A stretch of 64,000 nt of DNA from an uncultured Methylomirabilota bacterium (GTDB taxonomy: Bacteria; Methylomirabilota; Methylomirabilia; Methylomirabilales; 2-02-FULL-66-22): the NCBI GenBank assembly GCA_963845565.1, contig CAWJSJ010000002.1, forward strand, positions 1,216,001 to 1,280,000. Reading direction: 5' to 3'. The position numbers were made by a program, and so were the translations under genes. The notes under the pieces are model-generated. The model had not been told where the DNA came from. It saw only the letters and a program-made list of their open reading frames with translations, and did no database searches. Of this stretch, positions 54,733 to 63,798 are shown in pieces; the first letter of the stretch is position 1; each line of letters begins with the position of its first letter.

Positions 54733-55965
54733 CTAGAACGGTCGAATCCGTCCCGCTGCGTCGAACTCCACCTCCCGCGCCTCGCCTAAGATCGTCAATC
54801 CGATCTTGCGGGCGTCGGGAAGCAAGGCTTCAGAAATCTCCAACTCCTCCAGGTGCAGGGTGTTCTTGATCCGGACAACGCGAAGCTGGTCGGCCGGGGT
54901 ATCGCCGACCGCCAACTCGATCGCCTCCCTGTCGGTGTCCATGATCAGCGGCAGCCGCCCCCCGGCCCACAGGCGCGTCGTGATGACGTTGGTATAGGTG
55001 GATTTATAATCGATAGAATCCACCAGGCGGCGGGTGGTAAGGTCCGCCAGGCCAATGCCGGTGGCATTGCCGTGGGCCTCCAGTGTGAGGCCCAGCACGA
55101 CCACGGTCGCGACCGCCGGCGTCCCCATCGTCATCTTGCCGCCCATGCGCCCACCGATCCCGATGACGTTGGTGTCCATCCCGGTTCCGCTGATATTCTT
55201 TCCCATCTCGTCCACGATGAGCGCGTCCAGAGGATCGAAGGGCACCCGCGGGAAGACCTGCCAGGCCCGCTTCAGGAGGGCGGTGTCGGTGGCTTCGAAT
55301 TGTTCCGGGGGCACCACATGGATCTCCATGGTCTCGTCGCGCGAGTTCTCCAGGACGGCCACGCCGGCGAGGACCGGGGCCTTGTCCAGGATGACCCGGG
55401 CAGTCTCGACCAGGATCGGCGCCACCCCAATCCGGTGGATCTGCTGGGCCCCCTTGTGTTTCCCGAGACCGACGGCGAGGATCTTGCACAGGCCGCTTTC
55501 CACGTCGCCGCGGAAGATGGTGTGGAGCTTGACCCGGTTAATCGCGATGATACCGTCCGCGTGCAGGGCATTCTTGTCCAGATAGACCGGAACGCCGGCG
55601 GGGGTGTGGCCGATCTCCTCGACGGCGACCGACGAGAGGACCGGACAGCCCATGGTGGCCTCGGAAATACCGAGATCGGCCAGCAGGCTCTTCTGGCCGT
55701 CATCCGTCGCCCCACCGTGGCTCCCCATGGCCGGAACGATGAAGGGCCGGCCACCCAGGGCCTTCACCGTGTCCACTGCGGCGCGGGTCATCTTGACCAG
55801 ATTCTGAATGCCGCGGCTTCCCGCCGTGATGGCGATACGGGCGCCCGGCCGGATCTTCTTCTCGATGCCCATGCGCCTGAGGCCGGTGGCCACAACCTCC
55901 GCGGCGTCCTCGAGCCTGGTCTTGTCGAAGACTTGCTGCACCCGAATCAATTTGGGTAGAGACAT
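54733..55965 (-). CDS. Lactate racemase (LarA)/DUF2088-like protein
   Basis: 'IAITAGSRGI', 'IVPAMGSHGGAT', 'NRVKLHT', 'ESGLCKILAVGLGK', 'GKNISGTGMDTNV'; AGAGGAG RBS. Confidence 0.75.
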   Translation of the reverse strand: MSLPKLIRVQQVFDKTRLEDAAEVVATGLRRMGIEKKIRPGARIAITAGSRGIQNLVKMTRAAVDTVKALGGRPFIVPAMGSHGGATDDGQKSLLADLGISEATMGCPVLSSVAVEEIGHTPAGVPVYLDKNALHADGIIAINRVKLHTIFRGDVESGLCKILAVGLGKHKGAQQIHRIGVAPILVETARVILDKAPVLAGVAVLENSRDETMEIHVVPPEQFEATDTALLKRAWQVFPRVPFDPLDALIVDEMGKNISGTGMDTNVIGIGGRMGGKMTMGTPAVATVVVLGLTLEAHGNATGIGLADLTTRRLVDSIDYKSTYTNVITTRLWAGGRLPLIMDTDREAIELAVGDTPADQLRVVRIKNTLHLEELEISEALLPDARKIGLTILGEAREVEFDAAGRIRPF

Positions 55966-56054
55966 TCGTGCGCTCCTCTCTGCGAAACCTCCCGACCTGT
56001 GCACGATACGGCAGATTGCGGAAAAACGGCAGACCGAACTGCATCCTTGGCTAC

Positions 56055-56067
56055 ATTATCGGACAAT
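56055..56067. promoter_or_regulatory. Putative FadR/GntR-type operator ATTATCGGACAAT
   Basis: Near-palindrome about 90 bp upstream of the larA-like operon, overlapping a minus-strand GATAAT. Confidence 0.4.
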
Positions 56068-56315
56068 CGGTATGTGACAGGCGGGCTCATCGATGCGCCC
56101 TTGGGTTTCGCAGCACCCGCAGATGTCTCCGGGCGTTCTCGTTCCACGGCATCTTGGCAATCCGCGGTTTCCGGACGACCGCGACCCCCGGCAGACGTTC
56201 GGTCGAACAGTCAAATGGCGATTCGGGCTAGCCCGGTCCGGCGCCATGATGGATAGTTTAGCCGACGAGCGGCGTCGTCGCGCCGTCCGACGGGACGATC
56301 AGGAAAGGGGACATC

Positions 56316-56951
56316 ATGGATCTCGAGGCACTCAAGGAAGCGGTGATCGCGGGAGATGTGAAGGGGTGTAATCTGCTGACGGAAGTGGCGATCCAGGCCG
56401 GCCACTCGCCGCAAAAGATTCTGACCGAGGCCCTGGTGCCGGCTATGCAGATCGTCGGCGACAAGTTCCGCTGCAACGAGGTGTATGTGCCCGAAGTTCT
56501 GGTAGCGGCCCGGGCGATGAAGAAGTCGCTGGCCATGCTGAAGCCGCTCCTCACGCAGACCGGGGTCAAGCCTGTGGGGACCGCCGTGATCGGCACGGTG
56601 AAAGGGGACCTCCACGACATCGGGAAGAACCTGGTGGGCATGATGCTGGAAGGTGCGGGATTCGAGGTGGTGGACCTGGGGTCCGATGTGGCGCCTGAGA
56701 AGTTCGTCCAAGCGGTGAAGGATACCGGGGCGCAGATCGTCGGCGTCTCCACCTTGCTCACGACCACCATGCTGGGGATGAAGGACGTCCTGCGCGCCTT
56801 GGAGCAGGCCGATCTCCGGAAGAAGGTGAAGGTCATGGTGGGCGGAGCGCCCGTGACCCAGGCCTTCGCCGACGAGGTCGGCGCCGACGCCTACGGCGAG
56901 AGCGCGGCGACGGCGGTGGACAGGGCCAAGGAACTTCTGGGGATCGGATAA
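56316..56951 (+). CDS. Corrinoid (cobalamin-binding) protein, MtbC/MtaC-like
   Basis: B12 motif 'GDLHDIGKNLV', cap domain 'VYVPEVLVAARAM', 'VMVGGAP'. Confidence 0.93.
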   Translation: MDLEALKEAVIAGDVKGCNLLTEVAIQAGHSPQKILTEALVPAMQIVGDKFRCNEVYVPEVLVAARAMKKSLAMLKPLLTQTGVKPVGTAVIGTVKGDLHDIGKNLVGMMLEGAGFEVVDLGSDVAPEKFVQAVKDTGAQIVGVSTLLTTTMLGMKDVLRALEQADLRKKVKVMVGGAPVTQAFADEVGADAYGESAATAVDRAKELLGIG

Positions 56952-56961
56952 GAGCGACGGA

Positions 56962-57040
56962 CCGTTCGGCCGTTCGGCAGTTCGTTGGTTCGGCTGCTCC
57001 GAGAACCGCCGCACCGCCGCACCGCAGAACCTTCGAACGC
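56962..57040. repeat. Inverted octamer tandem-repeat element
   Basis: CCGTTCGG/CCGTTCGG/CAGTTCGT/TGGTTCGG ... GAGAACCG/CCGCACCG/CCGCACCG/CAGAACCT. Confidence 0.65.
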
Positions 57041-57059
57041 CCTTCTGTCGGAGGACGCC

Positions 57060-58193
57060 ATGACCCATCGAGAGCGGGTCCTGACGGCATTGAGGCGCCA
57101 GCCGCCTGACCGGGTTCCGGTAGACCTCGGCGGGACGCTGGCCAGCACGATCAACGTGCATACCTACCGTCGGCTGATGGCCCGCCTGGGATTCGGCGAG
57201 GAGCCGGCCGTCGCCTTTGTCTCCCGCCGTTCCAGCAGTGTGCTGCCGGACGAGCGGCTGCTCCGGCATCTCGACGTGGACTGCCGCGCCGTGATCCTGG
57301 GTAGCCCCGACGTCAACCCGGAGCGGGAACTCCCGGACGGATCGCTGTCCGACGAGTGGCAGACCCTCTGGAAACACGTTGGGGAGGGCCAGCACTTCAT
57401 CAATGTGCGTGGGCCGTTCGTGGGCAAGGAGCCGGACCCTGCGCTGGTCGAGGCATTCCCCTGGCCGAACCCGCGCGATCCCGGCCGTTTCCGCGCCCTC
57501 CGTAGCCAGGCCCAGACGCTGCGGGCGGCGTCGGACGCGGCCCTCATTCTGGTGCTCGGCGTCGGAGCCGTCCACCAGATCCAGTTCATGCGGGGCTACG
57601 CGGCCGCACTGGAAGATCTCCTCGCCGCCCCAGATTTCGTCCAAGCCTTCCTGGAGCGATATGCGGACTTCTGGACCTGCATGACCGAACGCGCCCTGGA
57701 GACGGTCGGCGACCTGGTGGATCTGACCATGTTCGGGGACGACCTGGGGACGCAGCAGGGGCCGGTGATGAGCCCGGCGCTCTATCGGCGGCTGATCAAA
57801 CCCACGCATGCCCGCATGGTGCACGCGATCAAGAAGTTCGGCAAGCCGGTGCTGCTGCATAGCTGCGGGTCGGTGGCGGCGTTCATCCCGGATTTGGTCG
57901 AGATCGGCATCGACGCCTTGCATCCCGTCCAGGTCACGGCCCGAGACATGGACACGGCCCGCCTGAAGAAGGAGTTCGGCCGGGACATCACGTTTTGGGG
58001 CGGCATCGACACGCATCGTGTCCTGCCGCGCGGCACCACGGCGGAGGTGCGAGAAGAGGTCCGGAAGCGCATTGCGGATCTGGCGCCGGGCGGCGGCTAT
58101 GTCCTGGGGGCGGTCCACAACATCCAGGCCGAGGTGCCGGTGGAAAACATCTTGGCGATGGTCGAGGCGGCGAAGGAGTTCGGGAGGTATTAG
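57060..58193 (+). CDS. Uroporphyrinogen decarboxylase-family protein (MtaA/CmuA-like methyltransferase)
   Basis: 'PDRVPVDLGG', 'GDDLGTQ', 'LHSCG', 'FWGGIDT', 'HNIQ'; adjacent to a corrinoid protein. Confidence 0.88.
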   Translation: MTHRERVLTALRRQPPDRVPVDLGGTLASTINVHTYRRLMARLGFGEEPAVAFVSRRSSSVLPDERLLRHLDVDCRAVILGSPDVNPERELPDGSLSDEWQTLWKHVGEGQHFINVRGPFVGKEPDPALVEAFPWPNPRDPGRFRALRSQAQTLRAASDAALILVLGVGAVHQIQFMRGYAAALEDLLAAPDFVQAFLERYADFWTCMTERALETVGDLVDLTMFGDDLGTQQGPVMSPALYRRLIKPTHARMVHAIKKFGKPVLLHSCGSVAAFIPDLVEIGIDALHPVQVTARDMDTARLKKEFGRDITFWGGIDTHRVLPRGTTAEVREEVRKRIADLAPGGGYVLGAVHNIQAEVPVENILAMVEAAKEFGRY

Positions 58194-58195
58194 CC

Positions 58196-58918
58196 ATCAG
58201 CAGTCAGCTATCAGCAATCAGCCATTTTCCGACGACGGGCAAGAGGCATCTCGTGGCCTGCGAGGTGTTTCGGGACGAGTTCGAGGCGGTGACCCCGGCC
58301 GAGATGCCGCGCACGTATCTCCCCCAGGGGCTGCACCGGACGCCGGGGAAGATGCCGGCGGCGATCCAGGAGGTGGTGGATGTCCTGCCCGCGGACATCG
58401 AAACGGTGATTCTGGGCTACGGCCTGTGCAGTAACGGGGTGGTGGGCGTGACCGCCCGTCAGGCCGCGCTCGTCATGCCGAAGGTCCATGATTGCATCGC
58501 GGTGCTCCTCGGATCGGTCAAACGCTACGAGTCCGAGATGGAGGCCTGTGCGGGCACCTATTACATCACACCGGGATGGGCGAAGTACGGGACGACGTCG
58601 TACTCCGCCTACCGGGACGAGTACCTTGCGAAGTACGGGGAGGAAGACGCCCGCTACATCGTGGAGGAATGTCTCAAGCATTACACGCGTATCGCGTTCA
58701 TCGACCACGGCGCCGGGGATGTCGAGGCGGGACGCGCTCACGCCAAGACGTTCGCCGAGACTTTCGCCAAGCGCTACGAGGAGATTCCCGGCGACCTCGA
58801 CTATCTCCGCCGCCTCGTGTCCGGCCCGTGGGATGGCGAAGAGTTCCTGGTCATCCCCCCCGGCACGGTGATCGACCAGGCGCCCTTCCTCGGGCTCCAT
58901 TCCATCAGCCTGCCCTGA
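58196..58918 (+). CDS. DUF1638 domain protein (non-canonical or damaged start)
   Basis: 'VACEVF', 'GLH..P', 'LGYGLCSNG', 'HDCIAVLLGS', 'YYITPGW'; in-frame ATC 7 nt after GGAGGT. Confidence 0.8.
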   Translation: MSSQLSAISHFPTTGKRHLVACEVFRDEFEAVTPAEMPRTYLPQGLHRTPGKMPAAIQEVVDVLPADIETVILGYGLCSNGVVGVTARQAALVMPKVHDCIAVLLGSVKRYESEMEACAGTYYITPGWAKYGTTSYSAYRDEYLAKYGEEDARYIVEECLKHYTRIAFIDHGAGDVEAGRAHAKTFAETFAKRYEEIPGDLDYLRRLVSGPWDGEEFLVIPPGTVIDQAPFLGLHSISLP

Positions 58919-58934
58919 GCCCCCAGGGAAACCC

Positions 58935-59183
58935 ATGGCTACCGCCGATCTGCTCCGCGGTCTCGCGCTTCTGGAATCCGGCGACTGGAACGGCGCTCAC
59001 GCCATTGCCCAGGCCGACCCCAGCGCCCTGGGCTCGTGGCTGCACGGGATCGTCCACATGATCGAGCCGGACCAGGGCAACGGCATGTACTGGTACCGCC
59101 GCGCCGGCCGCCCCTTCCCGGGGATGGGCGCCGCCGCTTCCGAGTTCGCCGCCATTCGTGCCGAATTGACCGCGCTCGGGTAG
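58935..59183 (+). CDS. Small conserved hypothetical protein
   Basis: 'DWNGAHAIAQ...SWLHGIVHMIEPDQGNGMYWYRRAG' looks like a conserved family pattern; operonic position. Confidence 0.7.
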   Translation: MATADLLRGLALLESGDWNGAHAIAQADPSALGSWLHGIVHMIEPDQGNGMYWYRRAGRPFPGMGAAASEFAAIRAELTALG

Positions 59184-59305
59184 GGCCGCACCTGGCGCCG
59201 CGAAACCCACGCTGCGCCCTGCGTGATCCGCGAAAGGCAAACGGCCGAGGCAGGAACACGCCTCGGCCGTTTGCGCACACGCGTTGTGTGTCCAAATTCC
59301 CCGTC

Positions 59306-60274
59306 TTACGCCAGGGCGAAAGCGTAGCTTGCGCCGTCCTTGACGATCCTGCCCGCCGCCGGGAACGGGAAGTGGTAACCGGTGACCATGGTCTTGTCCG
59401 CGACCGCCCGGTCAAGGAGTTTCCGGCGGGTCGCCTCGGCGGTCGGCGCATCCTGATCGAAGGCCGCCTGCCAGCCCGGGTTCTTCACGAACAGAGCGGG
59501 GATGTTGGTCACGTCGCCCAGCACGATGAGTTGGTCGTTTCCAGAGCTGACATGGAATGCGGTGTGGCCCGGGGTGTGGCCGGGCGCGGCGATCGCCCGG
59601 ATGCCGGGAACGACTTCCTTATCCCCCTCGAACACCTGCACCTTGTCCTTCATCAGCGGGAACATCTCCTGGACGCGCCTGGCGAGAGGACGGCGCGCTT
59701 CGGGTAACTTCTCGATTCCGGAGGGATCCATCCAGAAGCCGTACTCGACCGACGGCACATGGACGACCGCGTTCGGGAAGACCACCTTGTTCTCCGGGGC
59801 CTTGGTCATCAGCCCGAAGATGTGGTCCGGGTGGAAATGCGAGATCACGATATGGTTGACCGAGGCCGGATCGACACCGGCGGCCGCCAGGTTCTTCATG
59901 AACACGCCAGCCTTGGGACCTCCCGTCTGTCCCCCGGTGCCCGTGTCGATCAGCACGACCTGGCCGCCGGTCTTGACCAGATTCGGCGTGAAGGGGATCG
60001 GAACGAAGTCGGTCGGAAGGCTGGCAGCGGCGAGGGCGGCCTTGGTCTCGTCCACCGAAGCGTTCTTGATGAAGGCGGGATCGTGCGCCTTCTCCCAGAT
60101 ACCGTCAGAGAGCGCAGTGACTTCGATGCTGCCCACGTTGTACCGATGGAAGCCTCGCTCCATCGCTGTCTGGGCCTGTGCGGGTCCAAGAAATGCCATC
60201 CGACGGTCGAGCCCTAGCACAGCGGCCGCTGCCGCTGAAGAAAGGATCAATTTTCGACGGCTGATCTCGTACAT
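59306..60274 (-). CDS. Tat-exported metallo-beta-lactamase-fold hydrolase (lactonase/MPH-like)
   Basis: 'ISRRKLI' Tat motif, 'SHFHPDH', 'PGHTPGH', 'GD', 'YHFPFP'; AAAGGAG RBS. Confidence 0.9.
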   Translation of the reverse strand: MYEISRRKLILSSAAAAAVLGLDRRMAFLGPAQAQTAMERGFHRYNVGSIEVTALSDGIWEKAHDPAFIKNASVDETKAALAAASLPTDFVPIPFTPNLVKTGGQVVLIDTGTGGQTGGPKAGVFMKNLAAAGVDPASVNHIVISHFHPDHIFGLMTKAPENKVVFPNAVVHVPSVEYGFWMDPSGIEKLPEARRPLARRVQEMFPLMKDKVQVFEGDKEVVPGIRAIAAPGHTPGHTAFHVSSGNDQLIVLGDVTNIPALFVKNPGWQAAFDQDAPTAEATRRKLLDRAVADKTMVTGYHFPFPAAGRIVKDGASYAFALA

Positions 60275-60695
60275 GCTGACACTCCTTTTTTCTGGCGTCC
60301 TGGGAGAACCCCCAAGACCACTTAGGCGAACGCCGCAGAAACCAAAAGATACGCTCAACAACCGGACACCGACGCTGTAATCCAGGCCGTCAGTCCTTCT
60401 ACCATTGGCAATCAGGACCGCACGACCTCGCGTCCTCCTCACCGTTACTAAACACAAACAGGAGTAAATTGGTTCCCAATAATTTGGAAGTTAACAAGGC
60501 AAGAAGTGCTGGTCAATAATAATGCAGACATCATCACTTCGGTTTGCGCAGACAGACAAGGAAATAGAGCCGATATTCGGAGAGGGAAACCGGGCGAGAG
60601 GGGAACGGCCCGGCGTCTCAGGGGGTTGGCAAGCACCCGGGGGTAGAAAACCGCGCGCGGGAGCCGCTGGGCGAGGGGTGCGATGATGCCGAGGC

Positions 60696-61619
60696 TTATC
60701 GGCCGGGCTGGGGGCGCTCGATCTTGCCGGCCCGCACCAGGATCGACCCGATGATGATCCCTCCGGCGCCGGTGGCTTGGAGCGCGGTTGGCACTTCCCC
60801 CAACGCCGGCCAGGCAACTAGCAGAGCGACGACCGGTGTGAAGTTCGTGTACACGGCGGTGCGAGTACTGCCGATCTGACGGATACAGAAATACCAGAGG
60901 AAGTACGCGGTGGCGATGGCAAATGCCCCGCTGTACAGGACCGCAAGCCACGAGATGGCGCGGACGGCTGCCCAGTCTTGCCCCAAAAGCGCCGGCAGAG
61001 ACGCGATCAGCAAACCTGCGGTTCCGACCCACATGGTCGCGGCGGTCACCGGGACGACGCCGTACCGGTGCACCAAGGGAACCGAGCCGACGGTGTACAC
61101 CGACCAGGCCATGGCCGCCACAAGCACGGCCAGGTCGCCTCTCAGGGTTCCGGCGCCAAAGCTCACCCCCGCGGTTCCGCCCAGGACGACAAGCGCGATC
61201 CCCAGCACCGAGAGTCCGACGCCGAACACGGCGGTTGGGCTACTTCGTTCCTGGCGGAAGATCAGCGAGAGCATCGTGGTGAACACGGGCGTCGTCGCCA
61301 GGATCAGACTGGCGTTGCCGGCCAGCGTCCAGGCGATCCCGTAAATGAACAGCACCTGGTATACTGTGGTTCCGACGAGACCCAGCCCGATCACCGCCGA
61401 CCAGTGAAGCCGACTGATCCGTACGCGATCACCCCCCGCCTTGAGGAACACCCACAGCACGCCGGACGCGAGAAGAAAGCGCAGTGAGGTGAAGGCGAGC
61501 GGCGTCAGGTCGCGCAACGCCAGCTTGACCAGCGAGAAATTGACGCCCCAGAACAGGACGAGCGCCAGGAGCGCGACACGGGTGCGACGGTGCGCGGAGC
61601 TCGGTGGTGGGTTCGTCAC
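60696..61619 (-). CDS. DMT/EamA-family transporter
   Basis: Two EamA repeats, 'FWGVNF', 'NFTPVVA...LGE'; GTG start uncertain. Confidence 0.88.
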   Translation of the reverse strand: MTNPPPSSAHRRTRVALLALVLFWGVNFSLVKLALRDLTPLAFTSLRFLLASGVLWVFLKAGGDRVRISRLHWSAVIGLGLVGTTVYQVLFIYGIAWTLAGNASLILATTPVFTTMLSLIFRQERSSPTAVFGVGLSVLGIALVVLGGTAGVSFGAGTLRGDLAVLVAAMAWSVYTVGSVPLVHRYGVVPVTAATMWVGTAGLLIASLPALLGQDWAAVRAISWLAVLYSGAFAIATAYFLWYFCIRQIGSTRTAVYTNFTPVVALLVAWPALGEVPTALQATGAGGIIIGSILVRAGKIERPQPGR

Positions 61620-61949
61620 AGCCCGTCGCCATCTCGTTCGTCGGGGTGGACCATCTCTACCCGCAAAAACCCTTCCGGGGGACCGCGTCAATCCGCGACC
61701 CCCGGAAGCTCAACCGACGCGTTGTGGGGACAAGAGAATCCCTTGGAAGGCCCCCCGGTGTCAAGCGGAAGGCCGCGATCGCAGTGCCTCTAAAAGTACG
61801 CCATGCGTACCCCACCGGAGGGGTGTGCGATCGGTGCTTGGTTCCTTCACGATCTCTGTGGTAAGGTGGACACCAACGTGGAAAGGCATCAAGGATCTGA
61901 CACTGGATGGACCACGTCACCCCGCCGTCCTGCAACAAGAGGAGGAGCC

Positions 61950-62408
61950 ATGCGTATCGAACAGGATCTGGAGAAGATGGGGTTCGTCCTTCCCACGCCG
62001 AAACCACTGGCGGCGTACGTGCCCGCCGTCCGGACGGGCAACCTGGTATTCACCGCAGGTCAGGGCCCGAACCTCGACGGGAAGGCGCTGTTCACCGGGA
62101 AGCTGGGCCGGGAGTTGACTGAAGAGCAGGGGTACAAGGCGGCGCAGATCTGTATTGTAAATTGCCTGGCCTGCGTGAAGAGCCTCATCGGAGACCTGGA
62201 CAAAATCGAGCGCGTGGTGAAGATCCTGGGATTTGTTGCCTCGGTGGATGGCTTCACCCGTCAGCCGTGGGTGATGAACGGAGCCTCGGAACTGCTTGTA
62301 AAGCTCTTCGGCGACAAGGGGCAGCATGCGCGCTCGGCCATCGGGACCAATCAGCTTCCGCTCGACATCCCGGTGGAAGTCGAAATGATCGTCCAGGTAC
62401 GGGACTAG
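61950..62408 (+). CDS. RidA/YjgF-family protein
   Basis: 'YVPAVRTGNLVFTAGQ', 'NGASEL', 'HARSAIG', 'PVEVE'; GAGGAGG RBS. Confidence 0.9.
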   Translation: MRIEQDLEKMGFVLPTPKPLAAYVPAVRTGNLVFTAGQGPNLDGKALFTGKLGRELTEEQGYKAAQICIVNCLACVKSLIGDLDKIERVVKILGFVASVDGFTRQPWVMNGASELLVKLFGDKGQHARSAIGTNQLPLDIPVEVEMIVQVRD

Positions 62409-62526
62409 GGCGAAGGCGCAACCGGGCGGCACTCCACAGGCCGAGGAATCCCCGCGCTGCCGAGCCGCGACGGCATAACGAGCGCGCCAGGTTCGAACGG
62501 CGCGGGGCGTTGGGCCGAGAGGGTTC

Positions 62527-63798
62527 ATGGTTCGCGATTACGCTCCCGACAGTGAGACGCAGAACGTCCAGCGGCGACGGCGACGCCGAAGGGTATTGAT
62601 CGCAGGCGGTGCGGCCTGCCTGGCGCTACTCGGCGTCGCCGTGTTCGTGGGGGTCGGGTCGCGTCCGGTGCCGCCTCCGGTGACTGCGACTCCGCCGGCT
62701 CCCCCCGCGCCGCCGCCGGCGCCGGTCGTCGGGGCCTTCGGCAAGGGGCGGACCTTCCAGGATGTGCTGAGCGCCCTCGGTGTCGCCAAGGACCGCGCCA
62801 TCCAGATTGTCCAGGCCTTGCGCCCGCACCTCGACTTCCGACGACTGAAGCCCCAGGACGAACTGGAACTCCACCACGACTCTTCCGGGGATTTGGCCAA
62901 GTTGGTGTACCGGCAGAGCCCCATCGACATCGTGGAGGCGACGCGGGCAGGGGATCAGTGGACCGGCGCCCGGCTCGACGTACCCGTGGACCGGCGGGTG
63001 GTCCTGGTCGCGGGTGTCCTCAAGGACAACCTGTTCGAGAGCATAGAACGGGCGGGGGAGCGGCCGCAGATCGTCATGGATTTTGCCGAGATCTTCGCCT
63101 GGGACTTCGACTTTGCCGCCGACTCCCAGCCCGGGGACCGGTTCCGGATGCTCGTGGAGAAAGTGTTCACCGGAGACCAGTTTGTCAAATACGGCCGAAT
63201 TCTGGCGGCCGAGTACGAGAGCGAGGGACAGGTTCACGCCGGCGTGTACTTCAAGGACAAGGACGGGAGCGGCTATTACACGCCGAAGGGTGAATCGCTC
63301 CGGCGGGCGTTCCTGAAATCGCCGCTGGAGTTCACACGGATCAGCTCCACCTTCAGCCGGGGGCGACGGCACCCGATCCTGGGAGGTGTCCGGCCCCACT
63401 TAGCGGTGGACTACGCCGCCCCGCTGGGGACGCCGATCTTCGCCGTGGCGGATGGGACGATCGAGTCCGCGGGCTGGTCCGGTGGCGGCGGCAACACCAT
63501 CGTCCTGCGGCATCGGGCCAACTTCAAGACCATGTACAACCACCTGTCGCACTTCGCCAAGGGAATTCGTGCGGGTACGACGGTCCGCCAGCGACAGGTG
63601 ATCGGCTATGTCGGTTCGACCGGATTGTCCACCGGACCGCACCTGGATTACCGCGTGATGAAAGATGGTCGCTTCGTGAATCCCTTGAAGCAGACCTTCC
63701 TGCCCGGCCAACCCATCTCGCCGTCGAATCACACCACATTTGCACAGACGAGCGCTGCGCTGCTCGCCCAGCTGCGCGGGACGCCCGCCGCGAATTGA
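62527..63798 (+). CDS. M23 peptidoglycan DD-metalloendopeptidase (MepM/Csd3-like)
   Basis: N-terminal TM segment and Pro linker; 'HLAVD' (HxxxD), 'YNHL', 'STGPHLDY'. Confidence 0.9.
   Translation: MVRDYAPDSETQNVQRRRRRRRVLIAGGAACLALLGVAVFVGVGSRPVPPPVTATPPAPPAPPPAPVVGAFGKGRTFQDVLSALGVAKDRAIQIVQALRPHLDFRRLKPQDELELHHDSSGDLAKLVYRQSPIDIVEATRAGDQWTGARLDVPVDRRVVLVAGVLKDNLFESIERAGERPQIVMDFAEIFAWDFDFAADSQPGDRFRMLVEKVFTGDQFVKYGRILAAEYESEGQVHAGVYFKDKDGSGYYTPKGESLRRAFLKSPLEFTRISSTFSRGRRHPILGGVRPHLAVDYAAPLGTPIFAVADGTIESAGWSGGGGNTIVLRHRANFKTMYNHLSHFAKGIRAGTTVRQRQVIGYVGSTGLSTGPHLDYRVMKDGRFVNPLKQTFLPGQPISPSNHTTFAQTSAALLAQLRGTPAAN

Noticed and set aside
56080..56315. Cobalamin riboswitch upstream of the corrinoid gene
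   Set aside because: No recognisable B12-box or conserved GGGAA/GCCACTG elements by eye; an Rfam scan would be decisive.
56211..58118. Long antisense ORFs (e.g. 635 aa here; also 5921-7669 and 21290-23155)
   Set aside because: Typical high-GC shadow frames opposite or overlapping well-supported genes, with no recognisable motifs.
50377..58224. Short tandem repeats as CRISPR arrays
   Set aside because: Units are 7-9 bp with no unique spacers, and no cas genes are present.
60440..60530. AT-rich patch upstream of the MBL hydrolase as an origin or ncRNA
   Set aside because: No DnaA boxes, iterons or stable structure were seen; most simply a promoter region.
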